Shown: piece by piece, positions 8,062 to 16,816 of the stretch
Position numbering within the stretch: the first letter of the stretch is position 1
Layout of the letters: every line of letters starts with the position of its first letter
Source: a virus
Lineage: Duplodnaviria; Caudoviricetes
Virus record (IMG/VR): IMGVR_UViG_3300045925_000112
Span: 1 to 39,839 of that record
Reading direction: 5' to 3' (one strand)
DNA: 39,839 nt
Translations under genes and position numbers: made by a program
Notes under the pieces: model-generated
Database searches by the model: none
Told to the model about the DNA's origin: nothing
What the model saw: the letters and a program-made list of their open reading frames with translations, nothing else

Positions 8062-8517
8062 TCACTTCCGCTGCGCTGCGCCCGGCGCGCTGGCGCCCGG
8101 CGGCTGCGGCTTGCCGCCCTTCATCGGGAAGTAGCCCCAGCCGTACTCGGGGTGCCAGCCCCAACCGCCATCGGGCGGTGGCGGCTTCGGCGTGCCGGGG
8201 TCCGGCGGGTCGGGCGGCATCGGCTGCGGCGGCCAGTGCGGGAAGCCGGGCCAGTAGATCGGCTGGGTCGGGCGCGGGTCCGTCGGCCCCCAAATGCCCG
8301 GCTGCCATCCGCCGGCCCACGGCGGCAGCTGAATCGGTGGCGTGGGAAACGGCTCGTTGCCGCCGCCCCAAATGCCGGGCGGCTGCGCGGGATAGATCGG
8401 CCCGCCGCCGACCTCGAGGTCCGTGTAATTCATCTCGCCCATGAGGACGACCGGGCGAGACGATTTCCACGCCTTGTCGAAAATGACGCCGTTGATCATC
8501 ACAGGAATCGTGCCCAT
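8062..8517 (-). CDS. Pro/Gly/Trp-rich low-complexity protein (151 aa)
   Basis: AGGAGG RBS; repeated PGIWG and P-x-x-PI motifs; GWGWHPEYGWGY near the C-terminus. Confidence 0.75.
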   Translation of the reverse strand: MGTIPVMINGVIFDKAWKSSRPVVLMGEMNYTDLEVGGGPIYPAQPPGIWGGGNEPFPTPPIQLPPWAGGWQPGIWGPTDPRPTQPIYWPGFPHWPPQPMPPDPPDPGTPKPPPPDGGWGWHPEYGWGYFPMKGGKPQPPGASAPGAAQRK

Positions 8518-9260
8518 CGGTTGCCTCCTACTCCGTGCGGGTGCACTTCTCGTGGGGGTTGTCCGGTCGCGCACCGGACGGCGGGCGCGTTCACGGCCGC
8601 TGCCCTCGAGCGCTCGAGCAGCGCGGGCAGGCCGCGGAGTTGCGCCTGGGACACGCGGAGACGTTCGCCATAGCCGAGGTCCTGCCGGACCGCAGTGGCG
8701 CGAAACTCCTCGGCGCCGATCCAGCCGACGAGGCTCACCGCCGGGTCGAGCGCGGGCACGCCGAACACGATGGCGTCGCCCTTGACCTCGGCGAGTGAGT
8801 TGAAGATCAGGAGGCCGGCGCGATGCACGCTGCTGCGCGTGAGCACGACGAGCGCGCGCGTGCGCAAGAGGTAGCCGGCGCTGCCGCGGCGCGAGACCGT
8901 CAGGTCCATCGGCGCCGCGAGGTACTTCGCGGTGCCGCAGTAGACGCGGAGCGCGATGTAGTCCACGTCGAAGTCGCTCCGCGTCTCGTCGATCTTGCGA
9001 TCGCGCACGGCTGCCGCGCGCTTCACGCTGCCGCGCTCGGACGCGATCGCGCGCAGCGTGTCGGCCTCCTCGAGCGTGAAGTCCACCGTGACCGGGTCCA
9101 CGCGCGCCGGCTCCTCCGGCCGCGCCTCGCCGGTCGCGCACCAGTAGCAGAGCGGCACGCCGTAGTGGACCCAGGTGCCCGTCCCGCACCGGGCGCACGG
9201 GTCGAAAGCGTGAATGGTCTTGGGCACGCCCTCGAGCTCGGCGGGCCACGCCCATATCAC
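8499..9260 (-). CDS. Hypothetical protein: N-terminal Zn ribbon plus possible degenerate restriction-endonuclease-like domain
   Basis: CARC...CYWC; AKYL..PMDL..., LVGWI..EEF, DLGYGERL.V.Q.QL pattern; GTGA coupling. Confidence 0.55.
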   Translation of the reverse strand: MIWAWPAELEGVPKTIHAFDPCARCGTGTWVHYGVPLCYWCATGEARPEEPARVDPVTVDFTLEEADTLRAIASERGSVKRAAAVRDRKIDETRSDFDVDYIALRVYCGTAKYLAAPMDLTVSRRGSAGYLLRTRALVVLTRSSVHRAGLLIFNSLAEVKGDAIVFGVPALDPAVSLVGWIGAEEFRATAVRQDLGYGERLRVSQAQLRGLPALLERSRAAAVNAPAVRCATGQPPREVHPHGVGGNRWARFL

Positions 9261-9526
9261 GGCGCCGGCTCCTCGGGCGCCGCGGTCGGCTCGCGCCGGA
9301 GCTCCTCGGCGACGCCGGGCACGTTCGCGTCCATCCACCGCGAGAGCTCGGCCTTGATCTTCTTCGCCTCGGCCTCGATCTCGGCGACCTTCGCCTTCGC
9401 CGTCTCGACCGCGGCGAGCTTGCGGTGGAGCGCGTGCGCGAGCGCGGCGACCTCGCGACGGCGGCGCGGAGGCCTCGGTGCGGGCGTGTCGAGGAGCTCG
9501 GCCGGTGACGTTTCGCTAACGCTCAT
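9257..9526 (-). CDS. Coiled-coil hypothetical protein (89 aa)
   Basis: GGAGG RBS; AKAKVAEIEAEAKKIKAEL. Confidence 0.6.
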   Translation of the reverse strand: MSVSETSPAELLDTPAPRPPRRRREVAALAHALHRKLAAVETAKAKVAEIEAEAKKIKAELSRWMDANVPGVAEELRREPTAAPEEPAP

Positions 9527-9561
9527 GGCGGGACCTCCGGGGTTCTCATGGGGGCTCGGGT

Positions 9562-10716
9562 TTACAGCAGGCCGGCTTGCGCGGTGCGCGCGCAGGCGAG
9601 GCTGGCGTAGGTCGGGTTCAGGTCGGTGCCGACGAAGCGGCGTCCGTGCCGCGCGCAGACCTCGCCGACGGTGCCGGAGCCGGCGAACGGGTCCAGGACG
9701 ATGCCACCGGCAGGCGAGCCGGCGAGGATGCACGGCTCGACGAGCGCCTCCGGGAACGTGGCGAAATGCGCCTCCGCGTACGGCTGCGTGGGGATTTCCC
9801 ACACGCTGCGCCGATTGCGGCCGGTGCCGTTCGGGACGTATGGAATGCTCGCGCCGCGGTGCGCGCCGTTGCCGGGCACGCCGCGCTCGAGGCCGAGCAC
9901 GCGCGTGCTGTTACCGCTCGGCCGTTCCGTGCTCCGCTCCTTCACGGCCTCGGCGTCGTAGTAGTAGCGCTCGGCCCTCGCGAGCAGGAACAGGTACTCG
10001 TGCGCCTTCGTCGGCCGATCGGTGACGGACTCCGGCATCGGGTTCGGCTTCGACCAGATGATGTCGGAGCGCAGCCACCAGCCGTCGGCCTGGAGCGCGA
10101 AGGCGACGCGCCAGGGAATGCCGACGAGATTCTTCGCCTTCAGATTGGCGACGGGTGGCCGCGCACCTGATGCGCCTACGCGCGATCCGTTACCTGTGCC
10201 GGCGTGGTACGCCGCGGCCCTGCGGGCGAGTGCGTCCGGCGTCGTGTCATTCCGACCGACCACCGACGTGCCTGCATAGCTATCGCCGAGGTTCAGCCAG
10301 ACCGTGCCGTCGTCCTTCAGGACGCGCCAGACCTCGCGGAACACGGCGACGAGGTGCGCGACGTAGAGCTCCGGCGTGGGCTCGAGCCCGAGGACGCCGC
10401 GCCACGCGCCGCACGGGCAGAAGGCGCCGTGCCCCGTCGCTTTCGTGTCGGGATCAATGGTCGCCGTCTTTCCGGCGGCCGATCTGTTATTGAATCCCTC
10501 GCGACGATACGCGTTGAACGTGTCCCACGACGATTCTCCGCGCGCCGCGATTGTTCCGCCCCACGTATGCGCGCACGCCGGGTCACCGCCCCAGACGCCC
10601 GGTGGAATCCCGTAGTCCCGCAGCCCCCAGTACGGCGGCGAGGTCACGACGCAATGGACGCTGGCGTCGCGGAGCGGCAGCGCGCGCGCATCGCCGAGCA
10701 GGATCGTGGGCAGCAT
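9562..10716 (-). CDS. DNA methyltransferase, N6_N4_Mtase beta class (SPPY; likely N4-cytosine)
   Basis: VVTSPPYWGLRDYG (motif IV), IIWSKPNPMPES, HFATFP, LDPFAGSGT (motif I). Confidence 0.93.
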   Translation of the reverse strand: MLPTILLGDARALPLRDASVHCVVTSPPYWGLRDYGIPPGVWGGDPACAHTWGGTIAARGESSWDTFNAYRREGFNNRSAAGKTATIDPDTKATGHGAFCPCGAWRGVLGLEPTPELYVAHLVAVFREVWRVLKDDGTVWLNLGDSYAGTSVVGRNDTTPDALARRAAAYHAGTGNGSRVGASGARPPVANLKAKNLVGIPWRVAFALQADGWWLRSDIIWSKPNPMPESVTDRPTKAHEYLFLLARAERYYYDAEAVKERSTERPSGNSTRVLGLERGVPGNGAHRGASIPYVPNGTGRNRRSVWEIPTQPYAEAHFATFPEALVEPCILAGSPAGGIVLDPFAGSGTVGEVCARHGRRFVGTDLNPTYASLACARTAQAGLL

Positions 10717-11000
10717 CAGCGGAAGCGGCGACTCGCCGGGCAATCAATCCAATGCGGGCGGTAGCCCTCGACGAAGGCGCCGGGCTCGCCAGTGGCGAAC
10801 CCCCGGCGCACGACGCCCTCGAGGTTGAGCAGCGTGACGGACGCCGGCAGCGGCCCCGGCGGGCGCGTCGGCGCGATCCAGACCGCGATGCGCGGCGCGT
10901 CCACCGGCATCTGCCGGCCGGCGGTCGTCGTGACGAAGCGGATCGCGCGCGCGCAGCCGGCGCACGCCACGACCGGGCCGACCTCGCCGGGCGCGCTCAC
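10716..11000 (-). CDS. Small zinc-binding phage protein (94 aa)
   Basis: CAGCARAIRF..TTAGRQMPVD...HWIDC pattern; coupled to the methyltransferase start. Confidence 0.7.
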   Translation of the reverse strand: MSAPGEVGPVVACAGCARAIRFVTTTAGRQMPVDAPRIAVWIAPTRPPGPLPASVTLLNLEGVVRRGFATGEPGAFVEGYRPHWIDCPASRRFR

Positions 11001-11018
11001 GGCCGCGCGCCTCGAGAG

Positions 11019-11195
11019 CTCAGTGCAAACGCAAACGGCGAGACTGCAAACGGCGCCGCGTAACTATGCGGATTCGCACGACAGGAAGTCTTGTGCAAGG
11101 TTGCCGGATTCGGGTCTCGCCGACGAGAATCCGCGCACTTACGACCCGTCAGACGGGGGCTCAGTGCAAACAGCGCTGGCCCGAGTGCAAACGGC
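11019..11195. other. Putative attP region
   Basis: Non-coding, directly upstream of the integrase; arm-like repeats CTCAGTGCAAAC (11019, 11160) and TGCAAACGGC (11045, 11186) on both sides; inverted pair TAAnnnnGCGGATTC at 11061-11075 and 11127-11141. Confidence 0.65.
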
Positions 11196-11236
11196 CGGGC
11201 TATCATGGACCCGAGGCAGAGGAGGCCTCGAACCCC

Positions 11237-12349
11237 ATGAGCAAGAGCAAGGCAGACCGGAAGGAATGGCGCGGGACGATTGAGCCGGGCATCCGGCGGC
11301 ACACGAAGCGCGACGGCACGCGCTGCTACCTCGTGCAGCTGCAAGTCGCCGGCACGCGCCGCGCGCGTCTCTGCGCGACGCTCGCCGAGGCCGTCGCCCT
11401 GAAAGCGGAGTGGCTCGCGGGCGGCATCGCGCCGCGCGACGCTGCCGCGGTGCCCGACGGGGAGCGCGAGCCCACCGTCGAGGACGCGCTCCGCGACTAC
11501 CAGCTGGCGCGCCCGCCGATGGAGCGGGATGCCACCACGACGATCGCCACACTGCGCGCGAGCTTCCCCGAGCTCCTCGCGCTGCCCGTCGCGCTCGTGG
11601 ACGCCGATCATTTCGCCGAGTACCGGCAGCGCCGCGAAGCCGCCGGCAAGAAGTTGTCCGGCATCGGCTCGCACATGGGGCTCCTGCGCGCGGCCGTCCG
11701 CCACGCGCGGCCCGATTTCCATTTGCCGCGCGGCATCATGCCCCGGCTGGACATGACGCGGCACCACGAATACACCGAGGCCGAGCTCGAGCGCGCCTTC
11801 CTCGCGACGCCCGAGCCCATCCGCACGATGGCCCGGCTCGCCTCGGTGACGCTCATGCGCCAGGGTGAGATTCGCACGCTGCGGCGCGAGCAGGTCGACC
11901 TCCGCGTCGGCACCATCGTCCTCCACCGCGCGAAGGCCGGCCCGCGCGTCGTGCCGCTCGGCGCGCGCGCCGTCGCGATCCTGCGCGAGCACATGGCGCA
12001 GCATGAGCACGCGGTGATCTTCGCGCGCCATCCGCGGCGCGCCGGCCGGAGCGCCGGCCAGCCCTATACGCCGAAGTACGTCTCGGAGGTCTGGCACCGC
12101 ACGATGCAGCGGATCGGGAAGCCGGGGTACACGTTCCACGACCTGCGCCACCATGCCGCGATGGTCGCGCTCGCGCACGGCGCGAGCTTCCCCGAGCTCC
12201 AAGCGCTCGGCGGGTGGGCGTCGCCGAAGATGGTGAACCGCTACGCGACCGCGAGCAACGATCGGCTCCGCGACCTGCAGGACCGCATCGCGACCGGGCG
12301 CCCCGCGCCTCGTCCCGCGCCTCACGCCCGCCGCGCCCGCGCCAAGTAG
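11237..12349 (+). CDS. int: Tyrosine integrase (370 aa)
   Basis: GAGGAGG RBS; catalytic set TLMRQGE (R), KAG (K), HDLRH (H-x-x-R), LGGW (W), MVNRY (Y); N-terminal arm-binding-like segment. Confidence 0.92.
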   Translation: MSKSKADRKEWRGTIEPGIRRHTKRDGTRCYLVQLQVAGTRRARLCATLAEAVALKAEWLAGGIAPRDAAAVPDGEREPTVEDALRDYQLARPPMERDATTTIATLRASFPELLALPVALVDADHFAEYRQRREAAGKKLSGIGSHMGLLRAAVRHARPDFHLPRGIMPRLDMTRHHEYTEAELERAFLATPEPIRTMARLASVTLMRQGEIRTLRREQVDLRVGTIVLHRAKAGPRVVPLGARAVAILREHMAQHEHAVIFARHPRRAGRSAGQPYTPKYVSEVWHRTMQRIGKPGYTFHDLRHHAAMVALAHGASFPELQALGGWASPKMVNRYATASNDRLRDLQDRIATGRPAPRPAPHARRARAK

Positions 12350-12540
12350 GCGCCCGACAGTTGCGAGCGGATCGCCGTCAGCGTGCCGGCGATTCGCTCG
12401 TACTCGTCCCACAACGGCGACGCCCCACCGTCGAGCGGGAGGTCGCGCTCGATCGCGTGCGCGCGCGCCGCCAGATACTTCTCCATGCGCGGGAGCACGC
12501 CCGCGGGCATCGCGGTGCCCTTGTCCTTCTCCGTCGTCAC
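12322..12540 (-). CDS. Hypothetical protein (72 aa), convergent on the integrase
   Basis: GGAGG RBS before GTG; position typical of a directionality factor but no motif recognised. Confidence 0.5.
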   Translation of the reverse strand: MTTEKDKGTAMPAGVLPRMEKYLAARAHAIERDLPLDGGASPLWDEYERIAGTLTAIRSQLSGAYLARARRA

Positions 12541-12617
12541 GTTGACCTCCGTCCCGAAGCGGCGCTATCGTAGCACTCGCCTCTCTCATGGGGGTGGCGG
12601 TCGCGCAAGTGACTGCC

Positions 12618-12655
12618 GAAGGCCGGGCGTTCGCGCGCCCGGCCTTCACCTTTTT
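12618..12655 (+). terminator. Intrinsic terminator-like hairpin
   Basis: Perfect 12-bp stem GAAGGCCGGGCG / CGCCCGGCCTTC, 6-nt loop, then ACCTTTTT; lies downstream of both int (+) and the 12675 gene (-). Confidence 0.7.
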
Positions 12656-12674
12656 CGCGTCCCGCCACCGAGGT

Positions 12675-13100
12675 TTACGCCTCGCGCACGGCGTCGTACC
12701 ACTCGAGGAGCGCCGCGCCCTCGAGCGTCCAGCCGGCGCGCGGCAAGCGCTGGACGACGGCGCCTTTGAACCACTGATAGACCACCGGGTGCCGCACGCC
12801 GCACGCGGGCGGGTCGCCGGGGAACGCGCGCATGAGCATCGCGCGCGCGAGCTCGGCCGGCCCGCTGCCGGCGTAGCCCCACTCGAACCCGGCCGGCGAG
12901 TGCCGCGCCTCGTCCTTCGTGATCCGCGGCAGCGTGAGGTAGTGCCAGCGCTCCTCATCGCGCGCGTCGAACACGCGGACGATGGCCTCGGCGCGGGCGC
13001 CCTCGAGGCGCCGGCCCTCGAACCGGAGCGCGAGAACGAGCGCCCGGCGGTCCGGCTCGAGCGGCCGGAGCGCGGGCGGGTCGCAGGCCGCGCGGTTCAT
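12675..13100 (-). CDS. DUF6166-like protein (141 aa)
   Basis: HSPAGFEWGYAGSGPAELARAML...YQWFK...LP...WTL signature. Confidence 0.75.
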   Translation of the reverse strand: MNRAACDPPALRPLEPDRRALVLALRFEGRRLEGARAEAIVRVFDARDEERWHYLTLPRITKDEARHSPAGFEWGYAGSGPAELARAMLMRAFPGDPPACGVRHPVVYQWFKGAVVQRLPRAGWTLEGAALLEWYDAVREA

Positions 13101-13300
13101 GCGCGACGGCGGGCGCGTCGCTCCCACGCGCGCCACGCCGTGATCGTGATCTCGAGCGTGCCCCACGTTGCGCCGGGCACGTTCTCGACGAGCCGCTCCG
13201 CGGCGATCGCGATCGCGTGCAGCAGGGTGCGCTCGGTCCGCGCCCGCTCGGCGCGACGTCGTTGCGCGGGGCTCAGTGCGGCAGGTGGAGCCAGAGCCAT
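13097..13300 (-). CDS. Hypothetical protein (67 aa)
   Basis: ATGA-coupled to the DUF6166-like gene. Confidence 0.4.
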   Translation of the reverse strand: MALAPPAALSPAQRRRAERARTERTLLHAIAIAAERLVENVPGATWGTLEITITAWRAWERRARRRA

Positions 13301-13683
13301 GGGGCACACTCGCGGCACACGAACGTGAGGAAGAGCGACGCGGCCATCAGCGCGCTGAAGAACGCGCTGAAAAACGTCTCCGGGCGCACGCCGTACACGC
13401 GCTGCAGGAGCTCGAGGAAGCGCGCGGTCGGCCGCTGTTTCCCGCTCTCGATCTGACTGATGGAGCTCACCGCGTAGCGGAGCCGGCGCGCGATCTCTTT
13501 CTGCCCGAGCCCGAGCTTGCGGCGCCAGTCGTGAAACTTCTTCGGCTTGAACGACGACCGGGACCCGGACAACACCGAGGGCGCACGGAGGAAACGGGAA
13601 CGATTCACCGATAGTCTCCCGCACTTAGTCGGACGGTTGAAGGGACGGGCCGGGCTTCCGAATAGCGTCAATGGATGCCTCAA
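13273..13683 (-). CDS. XRE-family HTH regulator (repressor/Cro candidate) with hydrophobic C-terminus; true start probably downstream of 13683
   Basis: WRRKLGLGQKEIARRLRYAVSSISQIESGKQRPT is a canonical XRE HTH. Confidence 0.75.
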   Translation of the reverse strand: MRHPLTLFGSPARPFNRPTKCGRLSVNRSRFLRAPSVLSGSRSSFKPKKFHDWRRKLGLGQKEIARRLRYAVSSISQIESGKQRPTARFLELLQRVYGVRPETFFSAFFSALMAASLFLTFVCRECAPWLWLHLPH

Positions 13684-13712
13684 AGCCTCAGCGGACTGCA
13701 GAACGATGTCAA
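13684..13712 (-). promoter_or_regulatory. Possible leftward sigma70-type promoter
   Basis: TTGACA, 17-nt spacer, weak -10 GAGGCT, in the AT-richer divergent intergenic region. Confidence 0.3.
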
Positions 13713-13952
13713 CCCGCGAAAATTTCAGCCATTGAACCGCGGTGCGTCATTCGAGTCCGACGCTCAGGGTTTCTCCTGACATCCGGGCGGCGGTATCGGC
13801 CGGGCGCGCGGGTGTCCGGCGCAACGAATCGGCCGAAACCGGGTGGACTTGAACGCGCGCTTGACGCTATCCTCCGCGGCGCAAGGCCGAGCCGGCGCGG
13901 GCCGTGGACAAGGCCGCGCGGCGCGCGCCGCCGCACGAGGAGGACCCACGGC

Positions 13953-14174
13953 ATGCCTGACACGGAGCGCTGCGAAGCCGGCCACGCCATGACGGTGGTG
14001 AACCGCTTCCGCTTTGACGACGAACCCGGCGACCCGCCGCACGTCACCGCGACGCTCGCGCGCTTCCGCGCGATCGGCCTCGAGCTTGGCGCCGATGTCA
14101 CCGTCTGGCGTTGCGACCCGTGCGGGTCCATCGCCGCGATCTTCTCGACGCCCGACGCCCGACCCGCCTCATGA
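13953..14174 (+). CDS. Small zinc-ribbon-like protein (73 aa)
   Basis: AGGAGG RBS; CEAGH...WRCDPCG. Confidence 0.55.
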   Translation: MPDTERCEAGHAMTVVNRFRFDDEPGDPPHVTATLARFRAIGLELGADVTVWRCDPCGSIAAIFSTPDARPAS

Positions 14175-14518
14175 TGAGCCCCGGCCAGCCGGACGCGCCC
14201 TTCGGCGTCGCCGATCGCCGGGTGGTATTCGACCTGCTCGAGGACCTGCGCGCCGCGTGGGAGAAGATTCTGAACGACTACGCGAACGCGCGGGACCTGG
14301 GCACCGCGCGCGGGGGCGTGCGCTACGTGGACGGCTGGATGGCCTGCCACAATTTCTTCAAGCTGGCCCTCGACAACCTCGTCCACGATGCCGGCCTCGA
14401 GGGTGAAGCCGCCGCGGTGCTCTACGAGGGCGCCGGCCATACGTTCGAGATGGCGATGCGCGCGCGTGCCGAGGAAATGCGGACCGGCCGGCGCGCCGGC
14501 TCGAGCGCGCCCGACTAG
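14171..14518 (+). CDS. Hypothetical helical protein (115 aa)
   Basis: ATGA-coupled to the previous ORF; convergent with the last tail gene. Confidence 0.6.
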   Translation: MMSPGQPDAPFGVADRRVVFDLLEDLRAAWEKILNDYANARDLGTARGGVRYVDGWMACHNFFKLALDNLVHDAGLEGEAAAVLYEGAGHTFEMAMRARAEEMRTGRRAGSSAPD

Positions 14519-16752
14519 CCGCCGCGCGTGTCCTCGAGCCCGTACTGCGCGAGCAGATCCGGGTTGTCGATCAGCTGCCAGGATGGCGGCGCCGCGGGCG
14601 CCGGGGCCGGCGCCGCGTCCGCGGGATAGTCGGCGAGCGCGGTCACGTCCTCGGGCACGTCCGCCCGCACCGGCCACTCCGCGCCCTTCTCGAGCGTCGG
14701 CACGCCGGCCTCGTCCCACGCCTGCAGGAGCTTCTCGTCGACGGGCGCGTACGTGGCATCGGGCCAGAGGACCTGGATGTTCTCCGCGAGGAGCGCCGCG
14801 ATCGCGGCCGGCGCCGTCGTCCTCGAGCCGGCGACCTCGAGCACGACCGATTGCCCCTTGGAGTCCTCGCCCGGCACCGCGTGCGTCAGGTAGACCGTCC
14901 AGACTGCCGCCGAGCTCGAGGTCGGACGCGTGCGCAGCCAGAGCACGTAGGAGCTCGAGGCCGCGAGGACCCGCGCGGACGTGTCGAAGAAGTTCGTCGC
15001 CTCGGCGGTCCACGCTTGCAGCGCGACCGCGGCGCCCGTCTCGACGTTGACCCGCCAGACCGAGACCGCGGCGCCGGTCTGCCCGCCCGAGTAGGCGAAG
15101 TCCTCGCGCCGCGCGAGCAGGATCAGGTCGTGCGTGCGCGGAAGGAAATGCAGCGGCGTCAGGTCGAGCATCGCGGCGCGATAACTATTCGTGCCGCCGA
15201 TCGTGGCCTTGAGGACGGAGCTCGTAAAGTCGGTCACGGTCTCTTGCGGCGGGCCATTCCAATAGCTCGTGATCTCCTCCGTCCCGTTCTTCGCGATCGC
15301 GTCGAACGTGTAGCGCACGTTCGCCTCGGTGACGGCGCCGGCCAGCGGGTCGAGCTCGAGGAAGGCGAGGGCGTCCACGTCCACCATGTTGAGCTCGAGC
15401 ATGGCGAAGGCCTCGAGCGTGCCGAGGTCAAGGTCGGGATAGCCGCCCGCGGTCGTCCGGTTAATGTTCGCGACGATCCCCTGGTTCGGCGACAGCGCGT
15501 GTTTCGAGTACGTGTCCGCGGAGAAGTCGGAATCCACGGTGGTGTCCTGCGTCGACACGACGCCGACCGCGGTGATGCTCGCGAACACTTGCGAAAACTC
15601 CGGCGCCTCGAGCCAGGAGCGCCAGAGCACGACGCCGTCGGTGACGTTGACGACCGCCGCGTGCCAGTCCGGGTCGGGCGCGTCCGGCGCAATCGACCCG
15701 CGGCCCCACGGACCCGACACGAGCTCCTGCGGTCCGCCGAGCGTGCCGGCGTGCAGGCCGTCGTAGGCCTCCGGCTGCCCGGTGCCGCCGGGGTCGTCGG
15801 TGGACTCCGAGTAGGACAGCCCGCGTAGGCCGGCGACCGGCGTCGCGGCCGGAGCCGGCGCCGGCACTACGCCGAAGTTGAGGCGCAGCCCGAGGACGAG
15901 CCGGTCCTCCTCGTCGAGCATCGCGGTGGCGACGGCGGCGCGGTTCGCGATGAACAGGTCCTCGGTGAGCGCCACCGTCGCGGCGTGCGTGCCGGTCACG
16001 GTGCGCACCAGCGTCGGCTCGGCGGTCGCGACCTCCGTGTCGAGCCGGTGCAGGAGGATCGCCATCGGGTCGAGCGTCTGCGCGTAGAGCTCGTCGGCGC
16101 GCGTGGAGGTCTGCCGGTAGGACGGCGTCGAGAGCTTGCGCGTGAAGGTCCAGCCGAGATGCGCGAGGACCGGCGCCGCATCCCACGGGTGTTCGCTGCG
16201 GACGAGGTCCGCGGCCGGGACCTCGGACAGCGCGGCGCCGGGCAGGTCGCGCGTGAAGCGGAAGGTGTGAAACGTGAGGCCGCAGCGGACGAGGAACGCG
16301 GTGTCGTTCGTGCCCCACCAGACCTGCTCGGGGTCGGCCTCGAGGAGCTCACGGAGCTCGAGCGCGCCGGCCACCGTCCCGTTGCGGAACCACACGTCCT
16401 TCGCGCCGGCCGCGCCGGCGATCCAGAGCTCCTCGACGAGCCCGCCCGCGATCAGGTGCTCGGCGCCGCCCTGCGCGCGCCGCCACTGATGCGTGAGGAT
16501 CAGCGCGCGCGCGCCGCGCTTCCAGAGGACGTGGACGCGCTGCCCGACGGCGAGCGACGCCTTGCCCTTGGCGCGGAGCGCGTCACCACCGACCCGATAG
16601 CGGCCGTCGCCGAGCTTGGCCTCGATGCGCTCCTCGAGGATGAAGGTGGCGCCGTCGGCCGGCGCGCGCGCGCTGCCGGCCTTCTCGTCGATCAGCGCGA
16701 CGATGCGCTGCGCGAGCGGCCGGCAGAACCGCTCCCAATACGGGTCGGCCAT
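14515..16752 (-). CDS. Large tail-tip / receptor-binding candidate (745 aa)
   Basis: Last gene of the tail operon; beta-rich, Thr/Asp-rich; OB-fold-like N-terminus. Confidence 0.65.
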   Translation of the reverse strand: MADPYWERFCRPLAQRIVALIDEKAGSARAPADGATFILEERIEAKLGDGRYRVGGDALRAKGKASLAVGQRVHVLWKRGARALILTHQWRRAQGGAEHLIAGGLVEELWIAGAAGAKDVWFRNGTVAGALELRELLEADPEQVWWGTNDTAFLVRCGLTFHTFRFTRDLPGAALSEVPAADLVRSEHPWDAAPVLAHLGWTFTRKLSTPSYRQTSTRADELYAQTLDPMAILLHRLDTEVATAEPTLVRTVTGTHAATVALTEDLFIANRAAVATAMLDEEDRLVLGLRLNFGVVPAPAPAATPVAGLRGLSYSESTDDPGGTGQPEAYDGLHAGTLGGPQELVSGPWGRGSIAPDAPDPDWHAAVVNVTDGVVLWRSWLEAPEFSQVFASITAVGVVSTQDTTVDSDFSADTYSKHALSPNQGIVANINRTTAGGYPDLDLGTLEAFAMLELNMVDVDALAFLELDPLAGAVTEANVRYTFDAIAKNGTEEITSYWNGPPQETVTDFTSSVLKATIGGTNSYRAAMLDLTPLHFLPRTHDLILLARREDFAYSGGQTGAAVSVWRVNVETGAAVALQAWTAEATNFFDTSARVLAASSSYVLWLRTRPTSSSAAVWTVYLTHAVPGEDSKGQSVVLEVAGSRTTAPAAIAALLAENIQVLWPDATYAPVDEKLLQAWDEAGVPTLEKGAEWPVRADVPEDVTALADYPADAAPAPAPAAPPSWQLIDNPDLLAQYGLEDTRGG

Positions 16753-16816
16753 CTCAGGTGTGCAGCGCGCGGTGCAGAGCCGGTGCGCACAGGTTTTTCT
16801 GCACAGGGATTGACTT

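Noticed and set aside
9562-10716. Complete restriction-modification system
   Set aside because: No intact cognate endonuclease is evident; orphan methyltransferases are common in temperate phages.
11076-11143. tRNA or tRNA fragment in the attP region
   Set aside because: GGATTC/GAATCC resembles a T-arm, but I could not build a cloverleaf or find a CCA end; no tRNA is called anywhere in the window.
16756-16810. GTGCAG-like repeats in the gap between tail-tip genes
   Set aside because: Short, imperfect and irregularly spaced; a weak hairpin is possible but not enough to call.
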